A DNA stretch of 64,000 nt from Longimicrobiales bacterium (GTDB taxonomy: Bacteria > Gemmatimonadota > Gemmatimonadetes > Longimicrobiales > RSA9), in assembly GCA_035764935.1 (NCBI GenBank), contig DASTYK010000162.1:6207-70206 (forward strand), given 5' to 3'. Below the pieces are notes generated by a model. It saw only the letters and a program-made list of their open reading frames with translations. It ran no database searches and was not told where the DNA came from. Shown one piece after another: positions 11,277 through 19,979 of this stretch (position 1 is its first letter; each line of letters starts with the position of its first letter). Made by a program: the position numbers and the translations under genes.

Positions 11277-12215
11277 ATGTCGTCACGTACCGAAGGCCAG
11301 GTTTTCAGCGGTGAGTCGCTTGCCGCTCGGTATGCCAGCTTCGTCAAGCTGCCGCATACGCTGTTTGCGCTGCCGTTTGCCGGGGTGGGTGCTCTGCTCG
11401 CCTCGTACGAGCACGTCGATCGGCTCCGTGTCGGGACCGTGCTGTGGATCGTGATCGCGTTCACGGCGGCGCGCTTTGCGGCAATGGGCTTCAACCGCAT
11501 CGTCGATCGCCGCTGGGACGCGCTGAACCCGCGGACGGCAGGACGCGAGCTGCCGAGCGGGCGGCTCACGCTGAACCAGGCGCGTGCGGCCGTCGTCGTG
11601 GCATCAGCGGTGTTCGTCGCGGCGGCGTGGCTGCTCAACCCGCTCTGCGGGATGCTCTCACCGATCGCGCTCGGCTGGATCTTCTTCTACTCGTACGGCA
11701 AGCGCTTCACCGCGGGCGCGCACCACATCCTCGGGCTGGCGCTCGGGATTGCGCCCGTCGGCGCCTTTCTCGCCGTAGCGGGGACCTGGCCGGAGCCGTG
11801 GTACGGGCTGCCGCTTCTCGCGGCCACCGTCATGTTCTGGGTCGCGGGCTTCGACGTGATCTATGCCGTGCAGGACCTCGACTTCGACCGCACGCACGGC
11901 CTGCACTCGATTCCGGCCCGCCTCGGTGCGCGCGGTGCGTTCGGCCTCGCACGGCTGTTCCACGCGATCGCGGCCGCGATCTTCCTCGCGATCGGCATCT
12001 TCCAGCTGTTTCCGGTCGGCAGACTGTACCTCGTCGGGGTCGCTGTCGTGGTCATGCTGCTGCTGCACGAGCACCGGGCGGTGCGCGGTGCGGAGAGCGG
12101 CAGGCTCGACCTGGCCACCGTAGACCGGGCGTTCTTCCACACGAACGTGGCCGTCTCGATGTCGCTCTTCGCCTTCACCCTGGCAGACCGGCTCGCGCTG
12201 GTGGCTGCGGGCTGA
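11277..12215 (+). CDS. UbiA-family aromatic polyprenyltransferase (integral membrane)
   Basis: 312-aa ORF with multiple hydrophobic helices. N-terminus is FVKLPHTLFALPFAGVGALLA. UbiA-type Asp-rich regions are present (GFNRIVDRRWDALNPRTAGRELPSG, YAVQDLDFD). It lies immediately upstream of ubiX. Confidence 0.8.
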   Translation: MSSRTEGQVFSGESLAARYASFVKLPHTLFALPFAGVGALLASYEHVDRLRVGTVLWIVIAFTAARFAAMGFNRIVDRRWDALNPRTAGRELPSGRLTLNQARAAVVVASAVFVAAAWLLNPLCGMLSPIALGWIFFYSYGKRFTAGAHHILGLALGIAPVGAFLAVAGTWPEPWYGLPLLAATVMFWVAGFDVIYAVQDLDFDRTHGLHSIPARLGARGAFGLARLFHAIAAAIFLAIGIFQLFPVGRLYLVGVAVVVMLLLHEHRAVRGAESGRLDLATVDRAFFHTNVAVSMSLFAFTLADRLALVAAG

Positions 12216-12216
12216 C

Positions 12217-12825
12217 ATGGCCGGCGATCCGTCCGTAACCCTCGCCATGACCGGCGCGTCCGGGGCACCGTACGCGGTTCGATTGATGCGCGCGCTCAAT
12301 GAGGCCGACGTGCCCGTGGGTCTCATCGTGTCGCGTACCGGCTGGCGCCTGCTCGCAGAGGAGCTGGGCATCAGCAGCGAGGCGGAACTGCGGGCGGCGA
12401 GTGGACCGTGGCGGCGTGTCGTGCTGTACGGCGACGACGACCGCGGTGCGACCCCCGCGTCCGGGTCGGCGCCCTCCCGCGGGATGGTCGTCTGCCCGTG
12501 CTCGATGGGGACACTCGCCAGCATCGCACAGGGCACGACGCGCTCGCTGATCGAACGCTCCGCGGACGTCGCGCTGAAGGAGCGCCGTCGGCTGATCCTG
12601 GTTCCGCGCGAGACGCCATACTCCGCGATCCACCTCGAGAACATGCTCCGTCTCACCCATGCCGGGGCGACGATTCTGCCGGCGTCACCGGGCTTCTACC
12701 ACCGGCCCGAGCGCATCGAGGACCTCATCGATTTCGTGGTGGGGCGGATCCTGCAGCACCTCGGCATCGAGCTGGCCGTAGGGCCACGCTGGAAGTCGGG
12801 CGAGGTGGCACCCGGCACGGACTGA
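12217..12825 (+). CDS. ubiX: Flavin prenyltransferase UbiX
   Basis: 202-aa ORF. UbiX-type motifs: LAMTGASGAPYAVRLMRAL, VVCPCSMGTLASIAQG, RRRLILVPRETP. Confidence 0.9.
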   Translation: MAGDPSVTLAMTGASGAPYAVRLMRALNEADVPVGLIVSRTGWRLLAEELGISSEAELRAASGPWRRVVLYGDDDRGATPASGSAPSRGMVVCPCSMGTLASIAQGTTRSLIERSADVALKERRRLILVPRETPYSAIHLENMLRLTHAGATILPASPGFYHRPERIEDLIDFVVGRILQHLGIELAVGPRWKSGEVAPGTD

Positions 12826-12830
12826 GCGGC

Positions 12831-13298
12831 ATGCGCATCGGCATCATCTCCGACACACACGGGCTGCTCCGACCCGAAGTGTTCACCCACTTCGAGGGCG
12901 TAGAGCACATCCTGCACGCGGGCGATATCGGTCCGCTGTCACTGCTGACCGAGCTGGAGGCAATCGCACCGGTGACGGCCGTCTGGGGGAACACGGACGG
13001 GCTCGACGTGCGGAATGCGGTGCCCGAGGTGGGGGAGCTCGAGCTCGCCGGTCGCCGCGTGGTCGTGACGCACGGCCACCAGCTCGGCTCTCCAACGCCT
13101 GGTGCGCTGCAGCTCACGCATGCGGGCGCCGACATCATCGTGTACGGGCACACGCACCGGCCGACAAAGCGCGAGGTCGACGGATGCCTGGTGCTGAACC
13201 CGGGTGGTGCGGGTGCGCCGCGGTTCGGCCTGCGTCCTTCGCTGATGCTGCTGCGCATCGAGGACGACGAACTGCGCACGGAGCTGATCGAGCTGTAG
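12831..13298 (+). CDS. MJ0936/YfcE-family metallophosphoesterase
   Basis: Internal ATG of ORF 12408..13298. MRIGIISDTHGLLRPEVF...ILHAGDIG...VWGNTD...VVTHGH...IVYGHTH matches the calcineurin-like motif series. Confidence 0.8.
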   Translation: MRIGIISDTHGLLRPEVFTHFEGVEHILHAGDIGPLSLLTELEAIAPVTAVWGNTDGLDVRNAVPEVGELELAGRRVVVTHGHQLGSPTPGALQLTHAGADIIVYGHTHRPTKREVDGCLVLNPGGAGAPRFGLRPSLMLLRIEDDELRTELIEL

Positions 13299-13317
13299 CC
13301 CTCGATCTACTGTCCTT

Positions 13318-14430
13318 CTAGAACATCCCCGGTGCGGTCTGCGGCCTGGACGTGCCCGGCACGTCGGCCCAGACCCGCTCCCGCTCGTGCGGCCTGAGCC
13401 GGAACCACCTGGCGAGAAGCAGGATCTCGGCGGCCTGCGTGGGGCGGATGCGGTTCATGCCGTACTCGCGCCGCTGGAAGATCCGGCCTGCGTGCTCGAG
13501 GATGCGGTCGCGCTCTGCGGGGGAGCGGGGTGCAGGGTGCTCGGCGTGTATCGCACCGCGGCGCACGATGTACACGCGCTCGTCCATCCCGCTGTATCCC
13601 TGCGGCTGGTAGACGAACGTGAGCGAGTCGATCAGGCCGCGCAGCGCGACCAGCTCGTCTCGCGCCACCTCGAGCCGGGTTGCGCGGTCGCGCAGGTCTG
13701 CTGCGTACTCGAACTGCATGCGACGCACCGCGTCTTCCATCCGCGCGCGCAGCAGCGCCAGCGGTGTGTCGACGTCTCCGTCCAGGAAGCGGCGCGCAAG
13801 CTCGACCTGTTCCCGGTACTCCGTGCGGTTGCAGCGTGCTGCGCAGGGCGCCAGGCACTTGTGCACCTCCCCGCGCATGCAGAGCGGTGCCCGCTCCACC
13901 GAGCCGAACAGGTCGGTCTGCTCCGCGAACAGCATCGGAGTCGACGGCTTGCAGTCACGCAGCTCGAGCAGGTCCCGCACCTCGCGCAGCATGCTGCGCA
14001 CGCGCTCGCGTCCACGAAACGGGCCATAGTACTGCGCGGCATCGTCGCCCACCTCACGGGCGATCACGAGCCGGGGCGCCTGCTCACGCGTGATCTTGAC
14101 GAAGCAGAATGCGCGGTCGCGCTTGTGCTCGACGTTGTAGACGGGGCGTGCGTGCTGGATCCGTCGCATCTCCGTCAGCAGCGCCGCGAACTCGCTCGGC
14201 ACGTAGTCCCACTCGATGCGGTGGGTGTGACGGATGATCTCGTGTCCCTTCTCGTCGGGGGTGCAGCGGAAGTAGGAGAGCAGGCGGCCGCGCACACGGA
14301 TCGACTTGCCGACGTACAGCAGCTGATCGCCCGGCCCGATCATGCGGTACACGCCGGGCCGGTTCTCGGCGCGGGCACGCACGTCGGATCGGAGCTCGTC
14401 CGCGGGGCGGGGGCGCTGCGCGATCAGCAT
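13318..14430 (-). CDS. GIY-YIG nuclease homologous to the N-terminal half of UvrC (Cho-like); no C-terminal endonuclease/HhH part
   Basis: 370-aa ORF. GIY-YIG region is GVYRMIGPGDQLLYVGKSIRVRGRLLSYF...RIEWDYVPSEFAALLTEMRRIQHARPVYN. A Cys-rich segment and a UVR-like helix follow (EYAADLRDRATRLEVARDEL). Confidence 0.65.
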   Translation of the reverse strand: MLIAQRPRPADELRSDVRARAENRPGVYRMIGPGDQLLYVGKSIRVRGRLLSYFRCTPDEKGHEIIRHTHRIEWDYVPSEFAALLTEMRRIQHARPVYNVEHKRDRAFCFVKITREQAPRLVIAREVGDDAAQYYGPFRGRERVRSMLREVRDLLELRDCKPSTPMLFAEQTDLFGSVERAPLCMRGEVHKCLAPCAARCNRTEYREQVELARRFLDGDVDTPLALLRARMEDAVRRMQFEYAADLRDRATRLEVARDELVALRGLIDSLTFVYQPQGYSGMDERVYIVRRGAIHAEHPAPRSPAERDRILEHAGRIFQRREYGMNRIRPTQAAEILLLARWFRLRPHERERVWADVPGTSRPQTAPGMF

Positions 14431-14470
14431 GTGCGCACGTTATGCAGGACGGCCGCCGCGGTCCAGCCCG

Positions 14471-15295
14471 TCAGCGCTGGCAGACGGGGCAGTAGAACGC
14501 GGATCGATTCGTCAGCACGACACGGCGAATCGGCGTGCCGCACACCAGGCACGGCTCACCGGCGCGGTCGTACACGCGCAGCCACTGAACGAACCCGCCG
14601 CTCTCGCCGAACGCGTCGCGATAGTCGCTGATCGTGGTGCCGCGGCTGGCGATGGACTCGTTCAGGACGTCGCGCAGGTGTTCGCGCAGGGAGGCAGCTT
14701 CCCGGCGCGTGATCCGGTGCGAACGCCGCGTCGGCCGGATGCCGGCGCGGAACAGCGCCTCGTTCGCGTAGATGTTGCCGACGCCCGCCACCTTGCGCTG
14801 GTCCAGGAGCAGGTTGCGGATCGGCGTAATGGAACCGCGCGTGAGTGCGCGGAGCGCCTCGGCCGTGAACTCGTCACCGAGCGGCTCGAGTCCCAGCTCC
14901 GCATCGCGCTTCTGCCAGCCCTCCGCGTCACGCAGGTCGAGGCGGCCGAAGCGCCGCGCGTCATCGTACAGGATGGCGCGGCCATCATCCAGCTCGAAGC
15001 GCACGGCGACGTGTCGCATCTCGGCGGCCCGCGGTGCGTCCGTCGTGACGACGCGGCCGGTCATGCCGAGGTTGATCACAAGTCGGAGATCACCCTCGAA
15101 GACGAGTATCACGTTCTTGCCGCGCCGCGCGACATCTGCGATCCGGCGCCCGCGCAGGCGCGCCGCGAGCGTTCTCGGGGTCAGCCCCGGGGCGAGCACG
15201 TCCTCGTGACGGACCGACACGCCGGTCACCTGCGCACCGGGCAGTCGCGTGCGCAGCGTGCGGACAATGGTCTCCGCTTCAGGCAGCTCCGGCAC
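14471..15295 (-). CDS. mutM: Formamidopyrimidine-DNA glycosylase
   Basis: 274-aa ORF starting MPELPEAETI (catalytic Pro2/Glu3). It has a C-terminal zinc finger, CLVCGTPIRRVVLTNRSAFYCPVCQ. Confidence 0.9.
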   Translation of the reverse strand: MPELPEAETIVRTLRTRLPGAQVTGVSVRHEDVLAPGLTPRTLAARLRGRRIADVARRGKNVILVFEGDLRLVINLGMTGRVVTTDAPRAAEMRHVAVRFELDDGRAILYDDARRFGRLDLRDAEGWQKRDAELGLEPLGDEFTAEALRALTRGSITPIRNLLLDQRKVAGVGNIYANEALFRAGIRPTRRSHRITRREAASLREHLRDVLNESIASRGTTISDYRDAFGESGGFVQWLRVYDRAGEPCLVCGTPIRRVVLTNRSAFYCPVCQR

Positions 15296-16568
15296 TGCGC
15301 GCGAGCTCCCGCCAGCCGATGTCGCGGCGGTACTGCCGCCCCGCGAACGTGATGGATTCTGCCGCTGCCCGGCTGCGCTCGGCCGCTTCTGACAACGTCG
15401 GGGCTACGGCGGTCACGGCGAGCACACGGCCCCCGTCCGTCAGGAGCCTGCCGTCGACCCTCCTCGTGCCGGCATGGAAGACGAAGACGTCGTCGGCATC
15501 CTCGAACGTCGCGGGGACGTGGATCTCGTCGCCCCGCCGCGGGCGATCCGGATACCCGGCGGCGGCCAGCACCGTGGTGAGCGCTGCTGCATCCTTCCAC
15601 GCCGGCGTCACGCCGGCGATGCTGCCGCCCCGCGCAATGGCCAGCATGGGCTCGAGCAGTGACGAGGCCATGAGAGGCAGCACGACCTGCGTCTCCGGGT
15701 CGCCGAAGCGCGCATTGAACTCGACGACTCTGGGGCCTTCGTCCGTGATCATCAGGCCCGCGTACAGCAGTCCGCGGAAGGGGTGGCCCTCTGCCGCCAT
15801 TGCGGCCAGCGTCGGGCGGAGGATCTCCTGCTGGACGCGCTCGAGCAGTGGCGCGGTGGCGAGCGAAACCGGAGCATAGGCACCCATGCCGCCGGTGTTC
15901 GGCCCGCGGTCACCCTCGCCCAGCCGCTTGTGATCCTGGGATGGGAGAAGCGGCAGCGCGTGCTCGCCGTCGCACAGCGCGAACACGGAAAGCTCCTCGC
16001 CCTCCATGAACTCCTCGACGACGATGGTGTGACCGGCGCTCCCGAATGCGTCCGTCTGCAGCATCTCGCGCGCGGCTTCGACCGCCTCCTCGACGCTGCT
16101 GCAGACGATCGCGCCCTTGCCGGCCGCCAGGCCCGACGCCTTGACCACGATGGGCGCACCGCGCTGGCGGATGTAGTGCTCCGCGTCGTGCAGCGTTTCA
16201 AACGTTCCGAATGCGGCGGTGGGGATCCCGTGTTCGCGGAGCAGCCGCTTGGAGAACGCCTTGGACGCCTCGATCCCGCTCGCAGCGCGTGTCGGCCCGA
16301 AGATGGGCAGGCGACGCTCCTGGAACGTGTCCACGATGCCATCGGCCAGCGGCGCTTCCGGGCCGACTACCGTCAGATCGATTTGCTCGGCATCGGCCCA
16401 GGACACCAGTGCGCCCGGATCACCGGGCGAGATCGGAACATGTTCCGCGAGGCTGGCGGTGCCGCCGTTGCCGCGCGTGATGTAGAAGGAGGCATCAGGA
16501 GCGTCGTCGCGGAGCTTGCGGAGAAGCGCGTGCTCGCGTCCGCCGTGGCCGACGATCAGGATCTTCAT
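15279..16568 (-). CDS. purD: Phosphoribosylamine-glycine ligase
   Basis: In-frame ATG inside ORF 15279..17009 gives MKILIVGHGGREHALLRKL..., an ATP-grasp core (VVKASGLAAGKG, EEFMEGEELSVFAL) and 429 aa. The upstream Arg/Pro-rich extension in the track is not PurD-like. Confidence 0.9.
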   Translation of the reverse strand: MKILIVGHGGREHALLRKLRDDAPDASFYITRGNGGTASLAEHVPISPGDPGALVSWADAEQIDLTVVGPEAPLADGIVDTFQERRLPIFGPTRAASGIEASKAFSKRLLREHGIPTAAFGTFETLHDAEHYIRQRGAPIVVKASGLAAGKGAIVCSSVEEAVEAAREMLQTDAFGSAGHTIVVEEFMEGEELSVFALCDGEHALPLLPSQDHKRLGEGDRGPNTGGMGAYAPVSLATAPLLERVQQEILRPTLAAMAAEGHPFRGLLYAGLMITDEGPRVVEFNARFGDPETQVVLPLMASSLLEPMLAIARGGSIAGVTPAWKDAAALTTVLAAAGYPDRPRRGDEIHVPATFEDADDVFVFHAGTRRVDGRLLTDGGRVLAVTAVAPTLSEAAERSRAAAESITFAGRQYRRDIGWRELARSAGAA

Positions 16569-16596
16569 GGCTGAATGGCTTCGGGCTGAAACATGA

Positions 16597-16623
16597 GCCG
16601 CCCCGCGGAACGGACGGGGCGGC
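16597..16623 (-). terminator. GC-rich hairpin downstream of the M48 peptidase gene
   Basis: GCCGCCCCG (16597-16605) pairs with CGGGGCGGC (16615-16623). On the minus strand it lies 37 nt after the stop at 16660. The U-tract is poor. Confidence 0.4.
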
Positions 16624-16659
16624 GATCGGCGGTAAGGTAGGGAAGGAGGGCGGCAGCCG

Positions 16660-17640
16660 CTACGGAGCGGCGCGGAACGACTCGCTGAACCTCTCGCGCG
16701 CCGAGCGGAGCGCGTCGCCGAACTGGCGGGCCAGGTCCTGTGCGTCCTCGCGGTAGGAGCGGGCGGCCTCCGCGACGTCCTGCCGCCACGGCTCGTACGC
16801 CTCACCCCGCCGGCGATACTCGCCGCGCAGCACGCGGTCATACTCACCCGCCTCGATCCAGTCGCGAATTTCCGCCGCGCGCAGTACGTGGAACGGATGC
16901 GTCGTGCCGAGCAGGTTGAGCACCTTGAACACGAGATCGGCCGCATCACCACTGGTGCGGTACTCCTCGGCCTGTACGAGGAACTCGTTGAGGTTCGTCT
17001 CCTCGTCACTTCCTCCGCCGGCGAGCTTCATGAAGCCTTTCAGCGTTGCCTCGGGATTCTGGACGGCGAGGAGGCCGGCGCGGTCGGAGGACAGCTCTGC
17101 TTTCCGGTTCCACTCGAGCAGTGCGACGAGTACGGCGCGCGCCGCGAGACCGACGACGGGGAAGCCCAGCTGGGCGAGCTGCAGGAGCAGCACCGTCATC
17201 GTGCGGTACAGCACGTGGCCGCTCATGATGTGGCCGAGCTCGTGGCCGAGCAGCCAGGTCAGCTCCTCCCTGTCCAGCAGGCGAACCGCACCGCTGTTCA
17301 GGACGATGAACGGCTTCTCCATGCCGTACGCGCCCGCATTGACGAGCGGCGTCTGCGAGACGAACAGCTCGTAGCGGGGCGCATCGAGCGTCTCGCACAC
17401 CTCCACGTACCGTTCCCAGATCCAGGGGAACTGGTTCTCGCTGACACGGACCGCGTTGGACTGGAACGCGAGGCGGATGGGCTTCTCGCCGAACAGGCCG
17501 AAGACCTTCTTGAGCACGGTATCGAAGGCCGGCACGCGTCGGAGCGCCATCAGCGCTGCGCGGTCGGCAGGGTGCTCCCACGTCGACGAGTCGATGCCGG
17601 TCAGGATACGCCGCGCACGCGGCAGCTGGGAGTCGGCCAT
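16660..17640 (-). CDS. M48-family zinc metalloprotease
   Basis: 326-aa ORF with an HExxH motif in LLGHELGHIMSGHVLY and a downstream ELSSDRAG region, as in M48/HtpX-like peptidases. Confidence 0.8.
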   Translation of the reverse strand: MADSQLPRARRILTGIDSSTWEHPADRAALMALRRVPAFDTVLKKVFGLFGEKPIRLAFQSNAVRVSENQFPWIWERYVEVCETLDAPRYELFVSQTPLVNAGAYGMEKPFIVLNSGAVRLLDREELTWLLGHELGHIMSGHVLYRTMTVLLLQLAQLGFPVVGLAARAVLVALLEWNRKAELSSDRAGLLAVQNPEATLKGFMKLAGGGSDEETNLNEFLVQAEEYRTSGDAADLVFKVLNLLGTTHPFHVLRAAEIRDWIEAGEYDRVLRGEYRRRGEAYEPWRQDVAEAARSYREDAQDLARQFGDALRSARERFSESFRAAP

Positions 17641-17720
17641 GACAGAGCTCCGGGAGATCGGGAGAGAGAATCACGCGGGCCGTACGCCCCGGCCGCGGCC
17701 GGGGTTTCCGCCGCCCGCGC

Positions 17721-18923
17721 TCAGGCCCGCAGCGCCTGGTCGAGATCCTCCATCAGGTCGTCCACGTCCTCGATGCCGACCGAGAGGCGGATCAGCCCTT
17801 CCGTGACGCCCATGCGGTCGCGCATGTCCCTGGGCACGGCCGCATGCGTCATGATGGCGGGATGTCCGATCAGCGACTCCACGCCACCCAGAGATTCGGC
17901 CAGCGAGAACAGTCGCGTGCGCTCGACGACCTGGCGCGCACGCTTCAGCGAACCGAGCTCCAGGCTGATCATGCCGGTGAATCCACGCATCTGCCGCTTC
18001 GCCAGCTCGTGCTGCGGATGCGTCGGCAATCCCGGGTAATGCACGGCCTGGACGCCGTCGTGACCGGCCAGGAACTCGGCGATCCGCTGCCCGTTGCGGT
18101 TGTGCGCCTCCATGCGGACGTGCAGGGTCTTGGTCCCGCGCAGCACGAGCCAGGAGTCGAACGGACCCGGAACCGCGCCGGCCGCCTTCTGCAGGAAGCG
18201 CAGCTCGTCGGCGATTCCATCGTCACTGGTGACCGCGATGCCGCCGATCACGTCCGAATGACCGTTCAGGTACTTGGTGCTCGAGTGCACGACGACGTGC
18301 GCACCGAACTCCAGCGGCCGCTGGTTGTACGGTGACGCGAAGGTGTTGTCGACGCAGACGGTCACGCCGGCCTGATCAGCGATCTCCACGAGGGCGCGCA
18401 GGTCGCACAGCCGCATCATCGGGTTGGTCGGCGTCTCGAGATGCAGGAGCTTCGTGTTCGGTCGGAGCGCGTCGCGGACGTTCTGCGGATCGCGGGTGTC
18501 TACCGCAGTGAACTCCAGGCCCAGGCGTGCGAGCACCTGGACGAACATCCGGTGCGTCCCGCCGTAGACGTTCTCCTCGTAGATCACGTGATCGCCAGCC
18601 GAGAGTCGCTTCAGGATCGCTTCCGTGGCCGCCAGCCCACTGGCGAAGGCGGCGCCGTGCCTGCCACTCTCGAGGGCGGCGACGTTCCGCTCCAGCGCCT
18701 CGCGCGTGGGGTTCTGCACACGCGCGTACTCGTAGCCGTGCAAAGGCTCGCCGAGCTTCGGCTGCACGTACGTGGAGGTCTGATAGATGGGAGGCATGAT
18801 GGCGCCGGTGCTCGGGTCCGGCGTCTGGCCCGCGTGCACCGCACGCGTTGCGAATCGATCCTGGGTGTCGGACATGATCCTCATCACCGGCGCACGGGGC
18901 CCGGCCTCTGGAGTGAATGGCAC
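17721..18923 (-). CDS. Cys/Met-metabolism PLP-dependent enzyme (cystathionine gamma-synthase / beta-lyase family)
   Basis: 400-aa ORF. Family motifs: FATRAVHAGQ, VVHSSTKYLNGHSDVIGG (PLP Lys), ESLGGVESLI. The GTG start at 18923 has GGAG 7 nt upstream. An alternative ATG at 18884 (MRIMSD) has no SD. Confidence 0.85.
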   Translation of the reverse strand: MPFTPEAGPRAPVMRIMSDTQDRFATRAVHAGQTPDPSTGAIMPPIYQTSTYVQPKLGEPLHGYEYARVQNPTREALERNVAALESGRHGAAFASGLAATEAILKRLSAGDHVIYEENVYGGTHRMFVQVLARLGLEFTAVDTRDPQNVRDALRPNTKLLHLETPTNPMMRLCDLRALVEIADQAGVTVCVDNTFASPYNQRPLEFGAHVVVHSSTKYLNGHSDVIGGIAVTSDDGIADELRFLQKAAGAVPGPFDSWLVLRGTKTLHVRMEAHNRNGQRIAEFLAGHDGVQAVHYPGLPTHPQHELAKRQMRGFTGMISLELGSLKRARQVVERTRLFSLAESLGGVESLIGHPAIMTHAAVPRDMRDRMGVTEGLIRLSVGIEDVDDLMEDLDQALRA

Positions 18924-19048
18924 CGACCGGCTCCAAGACTAGGGCTCTACCATGCAACCCGCTACTTTGCGCCGGCGGAATCCAGGGAACCCGCCGCGCG
19001 GTCGCACGACTGCCGCGGCGCGCAGCAGAGTCGCAACGAGGAGTGGGC

Positions 19049-19852
19049 GTGAGCGAGCTGAACTACGATATCGTCAGGGAGAACGAGCCCTCGAGCTGGA
19101 TGCTGTTTCTTCCCGGCATCTTCGGCCAGGGACGGAACTGGAACAGCGTCGCGCGCCGGGTCGTGCGCCAGCGTCCCGAATGGGGCGCGGCTATGGTCGA
19201 CCTGCGCATGCACGGCGGCTCACTCGGGTTCGCCCCTCCGCACACGATCGCTGCCGCCGCCAACGACCTCACCGCGCTGGCCGCGCCGCTCGAGGCCACG
19301 CCCGCCGTAGTGGTCGGCCACTCCTTCGGCGGCAAGGTGGCGCTCGAGTACCTCCGCCAGCACCCGGACGGACTTCGACAGGTCTGGGTCATCGACTCGA
19401 CGCCCGAGGCGCGCGAGCCCGGCGGCAGCGCCTGGGCGATGCTGCGCATCCTCCGCTCGTTACCGGACGTCTTCCCCTCCCGCGACGACCTGATCGCCGC
19501 ACTGGAGCGCAGCGGTGTTGCAACACCCATTGCGCACTGGATGGCCACCAACGTCGTCCATCGTCCCGATGGCTACCGCTGGCGCTTCGATCTGAATGCC
19601 ATGGAGGAGCTGCTGCGCGACTTCTTTGCGACCGACCTCTGGAAGGTGGTCGATGAGCCGCCGGGGGGCGTGCAGCTCCACGTCGTCAAGGCGTCCGATT
19701 CATCCATCCTCACCGCCGAGACCCTCGAGCGGATCGAACGCGCGTCGAGCGGTGGTCGCGTGTTCCTGCACGAGGTCGACGGCGGCCACTGGCTGAACGC
19801 CGACAACCCCGACGCCGTCGTCGCCCTGCTCGCACGGCATCTGCCGGACTGA
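19049..19852 (+). CDS. Alpha/beta-fold hydrolase
   Basis: In-frame GTG (VSELNYD...) is preceded by AGGAG. Nucleophile elbow is VVGHSFGGKVAL; oxyanion-region motif is LPGIFGQGRNW; C-terminal motif is GGHWLNADNP. Confidence 0.7.
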   Translation: MSELNYDIVRENEPSSWMLFLPGIFGQGRNWNSVARRVVRQRPEWGAAMVDLRMHGGSLGFAPPHTIAAAANDLTALAAPLEATPAVVVGHSFGGKVALEYLRQHPDGLRQVWVIDSTPEAREPGGSAWAMLRILRSLPDVFPSRDDLIAALERSGVATPIAHWMATNVVHRPDGYRWRFDLNAMEELLRDFFATDLWKVVDEPPGGVQLHVVKASDSSILTAETLERIERASSGGRVFLHEVDGGHWLNADNPDAVVALLARHLPD

Positions 19853-19860
19853 CCCGCGTT

Positions 19861-19889
19861 TTGCAGGAGTCTCGCCCGGCATTTACGTT
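19861..19889 (+). promoter_or_regulatory. Candidate sigma70-type promoter for glmS
   Basis: TTGCAG (19861-19866), a 17-nt spacer, then TACGTT (19884-19889). It lies ~90 nt upstream of the glmS ATG. Confidence 0.3.
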
Positions 19890-19979
19890 GGGCGGGTTGT
19901 CGGTCCAGACAGGGCCGGACTCTTGCATCTGGGGGCGGTCGTCCGGACGACACCGTCGGCTGAAATCCTGGGAGAACCA

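Noticed and set aside
15279-17009. The 576-aa version of the purD ORF, and similarly extended track ORFs for recA (26408), alaS (28200), glmS (19923), ispE (42053) and pdxJ (38909).
   Set aside because: The upstream extensions are Arg/Pro-rich, overlap neighbouring genes or intergenic hairpins, and precede the well-conserved family N-termini. I used the internal starts instead.
19853-19979. A possible glmS ribozyme or riboswitch in the 127-nt region upstream of glmS.
   Set aside because: The region is too short for the ~170-nt ribozyme, and I see none of its conserved core segments. It contains only a small hairpin (GTCGT-CCGG-ACGAC) and a promoter-like element. An Infernal scan with RF00234 would settle it.
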